A stretch of DNA of 57,411 nt from positions 1-57,411 of IMG/VR virus record IMGVR_UViG_3300027844_000349. The stretch is one strand, 5' to 3'. Positions 55,889-57,411 of this stretch are shown here, one piece after another. This DNA comes from a virus (lineage: Duplodnaviria; Caudoviricetes). Position numbers and translations under genes: made by a program. Positions within the stretch are counted from its first letter, which is position 1, and the number at the start of each line of letters is the position of its first letter. The notes under the pieces are model-generated. The model made no database searches and was not told where the DNA came from. It was given only the letters and a program-made list of their open reading frames with translations.

Positions 55889-57015
55889 TAGAAAGTCTCA
55901 AAGGCTCTCATAGAATCTAGCAGAAGCTCAACTTCCATTGACCACGAATCAATTTTCTGAGCTATTTGCATCCTATCAGTTCCACTCACTACTAAATTCC
56001 CGAAGTCTGCACTTCTTAAGACTTCAATAGCTACTAGTTTTCTAGTAGAATCAAATACAATTCCTGCTTCTCTAGCATCAGCATGTATATCTCGTCCAGA
56101 TAAGTAATCAACTTTAACAGGCATCATAAATTCTCCACCACCAAATCTCCATACTGGTGCATTGTATGACATAAATCGTGCAGGCAGTAAGAAATACCTA
56201 GAGAACTGTACCATGCCAAGTTCTGGAAGTAGGAAATATTCATTTTTACGTCCAGCAGTTTTAGTCTCCCAATCAGAACCATCCCAAATAGATAGGCGTA
56301 GAATCCTAGTGGGGTCAGGTCTATCTAATTTAAACCCATTGAGATTAAAATCATGGTACTCTTCAGCAACATAGTTTGGCCTCCACGATTTACGGGTAAG
56401 GTAGTCCACTCTAGATTCAGCTGATTGAATATATTGTTCTACTGTATCTTTAGTAGGTGTTGTAGTTGTTGTAAAATCAGCAGTCCCAGTTATATTTCCT
56501 AGCTGTAAGAAGTTGAAAACATCCTGTGTACTACAATATGTAGCATACGGACGCTTCTGCATACGATATACTTGAGGCACAGTGTCTACTGTAGCTGGGG
56601 TAACCCTAATCCAATACTTAGTTTGGCTATTTACAGCTTGTGTACCCCAACTACTAAGCTGATTAGATGGGAACATTTCTACCCCATCCCGACTAAAGGC
56701 ATATCCTACTCCTGCAAGAGGGTCATTCACATCCCGTGAAAGCCTACCTGACGAAGGTGTAAAAGCAGTCCAACCATTACTCCCATCAGAAAATTCCCAG
56801 GTTAAAGCACCTAGACTACCTGAAGTAGCTAAATCAAATACAGCCAAGTCAAATCTATTGGCATCCCCCAAATAGAGATAATGACTAGCTGTATCAAATA
56901 TAGTAGTAGCAGTTCCCAAAGGGGATTGCATCTCTTGAGTTATATTTGTAAAGCCACTATTAGCTGACGTAGCTTTAAATATTGTATCAAATTCCAATCC
57001 TGCTGATGAGGGCAT
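55888..57015 (-). CDS. putative head-tail adaptor with extra N-terminal beta domain
   Basis: TYCSTQDV..VEQYIQSAESRVDYLT..VKVDYLSG. Confidence 0.6.
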   Translation of the reverse strand: MPSSAGLEFDTIFKATSANSGFTNITQEMQSPLGTATTIFDTASHYLYLGDANRFDLAVFDLATSGSLGALTWEFSDGSNGWTAFTPSSGRLSRDVNDPLAGVGYAFSRDGVEMFPSNQLSSWGTQAVNSQTKYWIRVTPATVDTVPQVYRMQKRPYATYCSTQDVFNFLQLGNITGTADFTTTTTPTKDTVEQYIQSAESRVDYLTRKSWRPNYVAEEYHDFNLNGFKLDRPDPTRILRLSIWDGSDWETKTAGRKNEYFLLPELGMVQFSRYFLLPARFMSYNAPVWRFGGGEFMMPVKVDYLSGRDIHADAREAGIVFDSTRKLVAIEVLRSADFGNLVVSGTDRMQIAQKIDSWSMEVELLLDSMRAFETF

Positions 57016-57024
57016 TGTTTCTCC

Positions 57025-57270
57025 TTATGAAGCTATTACTTCAGATGGGTATTGTTCGCTTCGCTCAAAACTATCTTCATCTACAACCCCGTTAATACTT
57101 TCTGGTGCTGCTTCTTGCTTGCCCCTCAAGTACATGGCTATGCCATTAAGGTTATGAATCTGTTGTGTAAGTTGTTCTCGTTGGGTATTCAGGGCATTTA
57201 ATTGACCCACCAATTCTTCTAGTTGCTTATTTACTTGTTCCAAATCTTGTTCCACATCTATATTTGACAT
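57025..57270 (-). CDS. coiled-coil protein
   Basis: AGGAGG RBS; heptads. Confidence 0.7.
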   Translation of the reverse strand: MSNIDVEQDLEQVNKQLEELVGQLNALNTQREQLTQQIHNLNGIAMYLRGKQEAAPESINGVVDEDSFERSEQYPSEVIAS

Positions 57271-57293
57271 ATCTTTCCTCCTACCCTTTTGTT

Positions 57294-57312
57294 TACTTAT
57301 ATATTATACCAC
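57294..57312 (-). promoter_or_regulatory. extended -10 promoter TGGTATAATATATAAGTA
   Basis: matches the 55411 and 16412 motifs. Confidence 0.55.
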
Positions 57313-57331
57313 ATTTATCCTTTTAATTCAG

Positions 57332-57411
57332 CTATTCTTTAGGTAAACCTTCAGGCCATTTGGCTTTTAATTCATCCGCTGTATCGGTAGTCAAATCAAA
57401 GGTCTGAGGTA
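57332..57411 (-). CDS. 3' end of a gene (tail-fibre-assembly-like C-terminus)
   Basis: ..PQTFDLTTDTADELKAKWPEGLPKE*. Confidence 0.45.
   Translation of the reverse strand, partial: PQTFDLTTDTADELKAKWPEGLPKE

Noticed and set aside
567-56374. All plus-strand ORFs in the track
   Set aside because: They are antisense shadows of densely packed minus-strand genes, without convincing RBS or protein-like motifs.

Overview
A 57.4-kb segment of a tailed dsDNA bacteriophage genome (Caudoviricetes, probably siphovirus-like). All credible genes lie on the minus strand, with strong AGGAGG-type ribosome-binding sites and extended -10 promoters. In transcription order (high to low coordinates) the window holds: neck, tail-terminator and tail-tube genes; tail assembly chaperones with a -1 frameshift; a short tape measure; a 1914-aa tail/fibre protein with an S74 chaperone; a papain/transglutaminase-like protein; a sigma factor; a replication and recombination block (DnaB, primase, SSB, family A polymerase, RecA, DUF559, Cas4-like nuclease, UvsY-like, ThyX, RuvC); terminases; class II ribonucleotide reductase; portal; a metallophosphoesterase; scaffold; major capsid; and a prohead protease. 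The last ~17.8 kb is an early/accessory region of tiny ORFs. Most notable: (1) six same-orientation intergenic hairpins in the early region whose stems vary but whose top (GGTTCACAA.. on +, UUGUGAACC in the mRNA sense) is conserved, mostly with a one-base bulge; (2) a HiPIP-like 4Fe-4S motif inside the prohead protease, next to a separately promoted 18-Cys metallothionein-like gene and about 20 zinc-ribbon microproteins; (3) an unannotated Com-like zinc finger overlapping a Mom-like DNA-modification gene. All family assignments come from motifs recognised by eye; no database search was run and the host is not determined.
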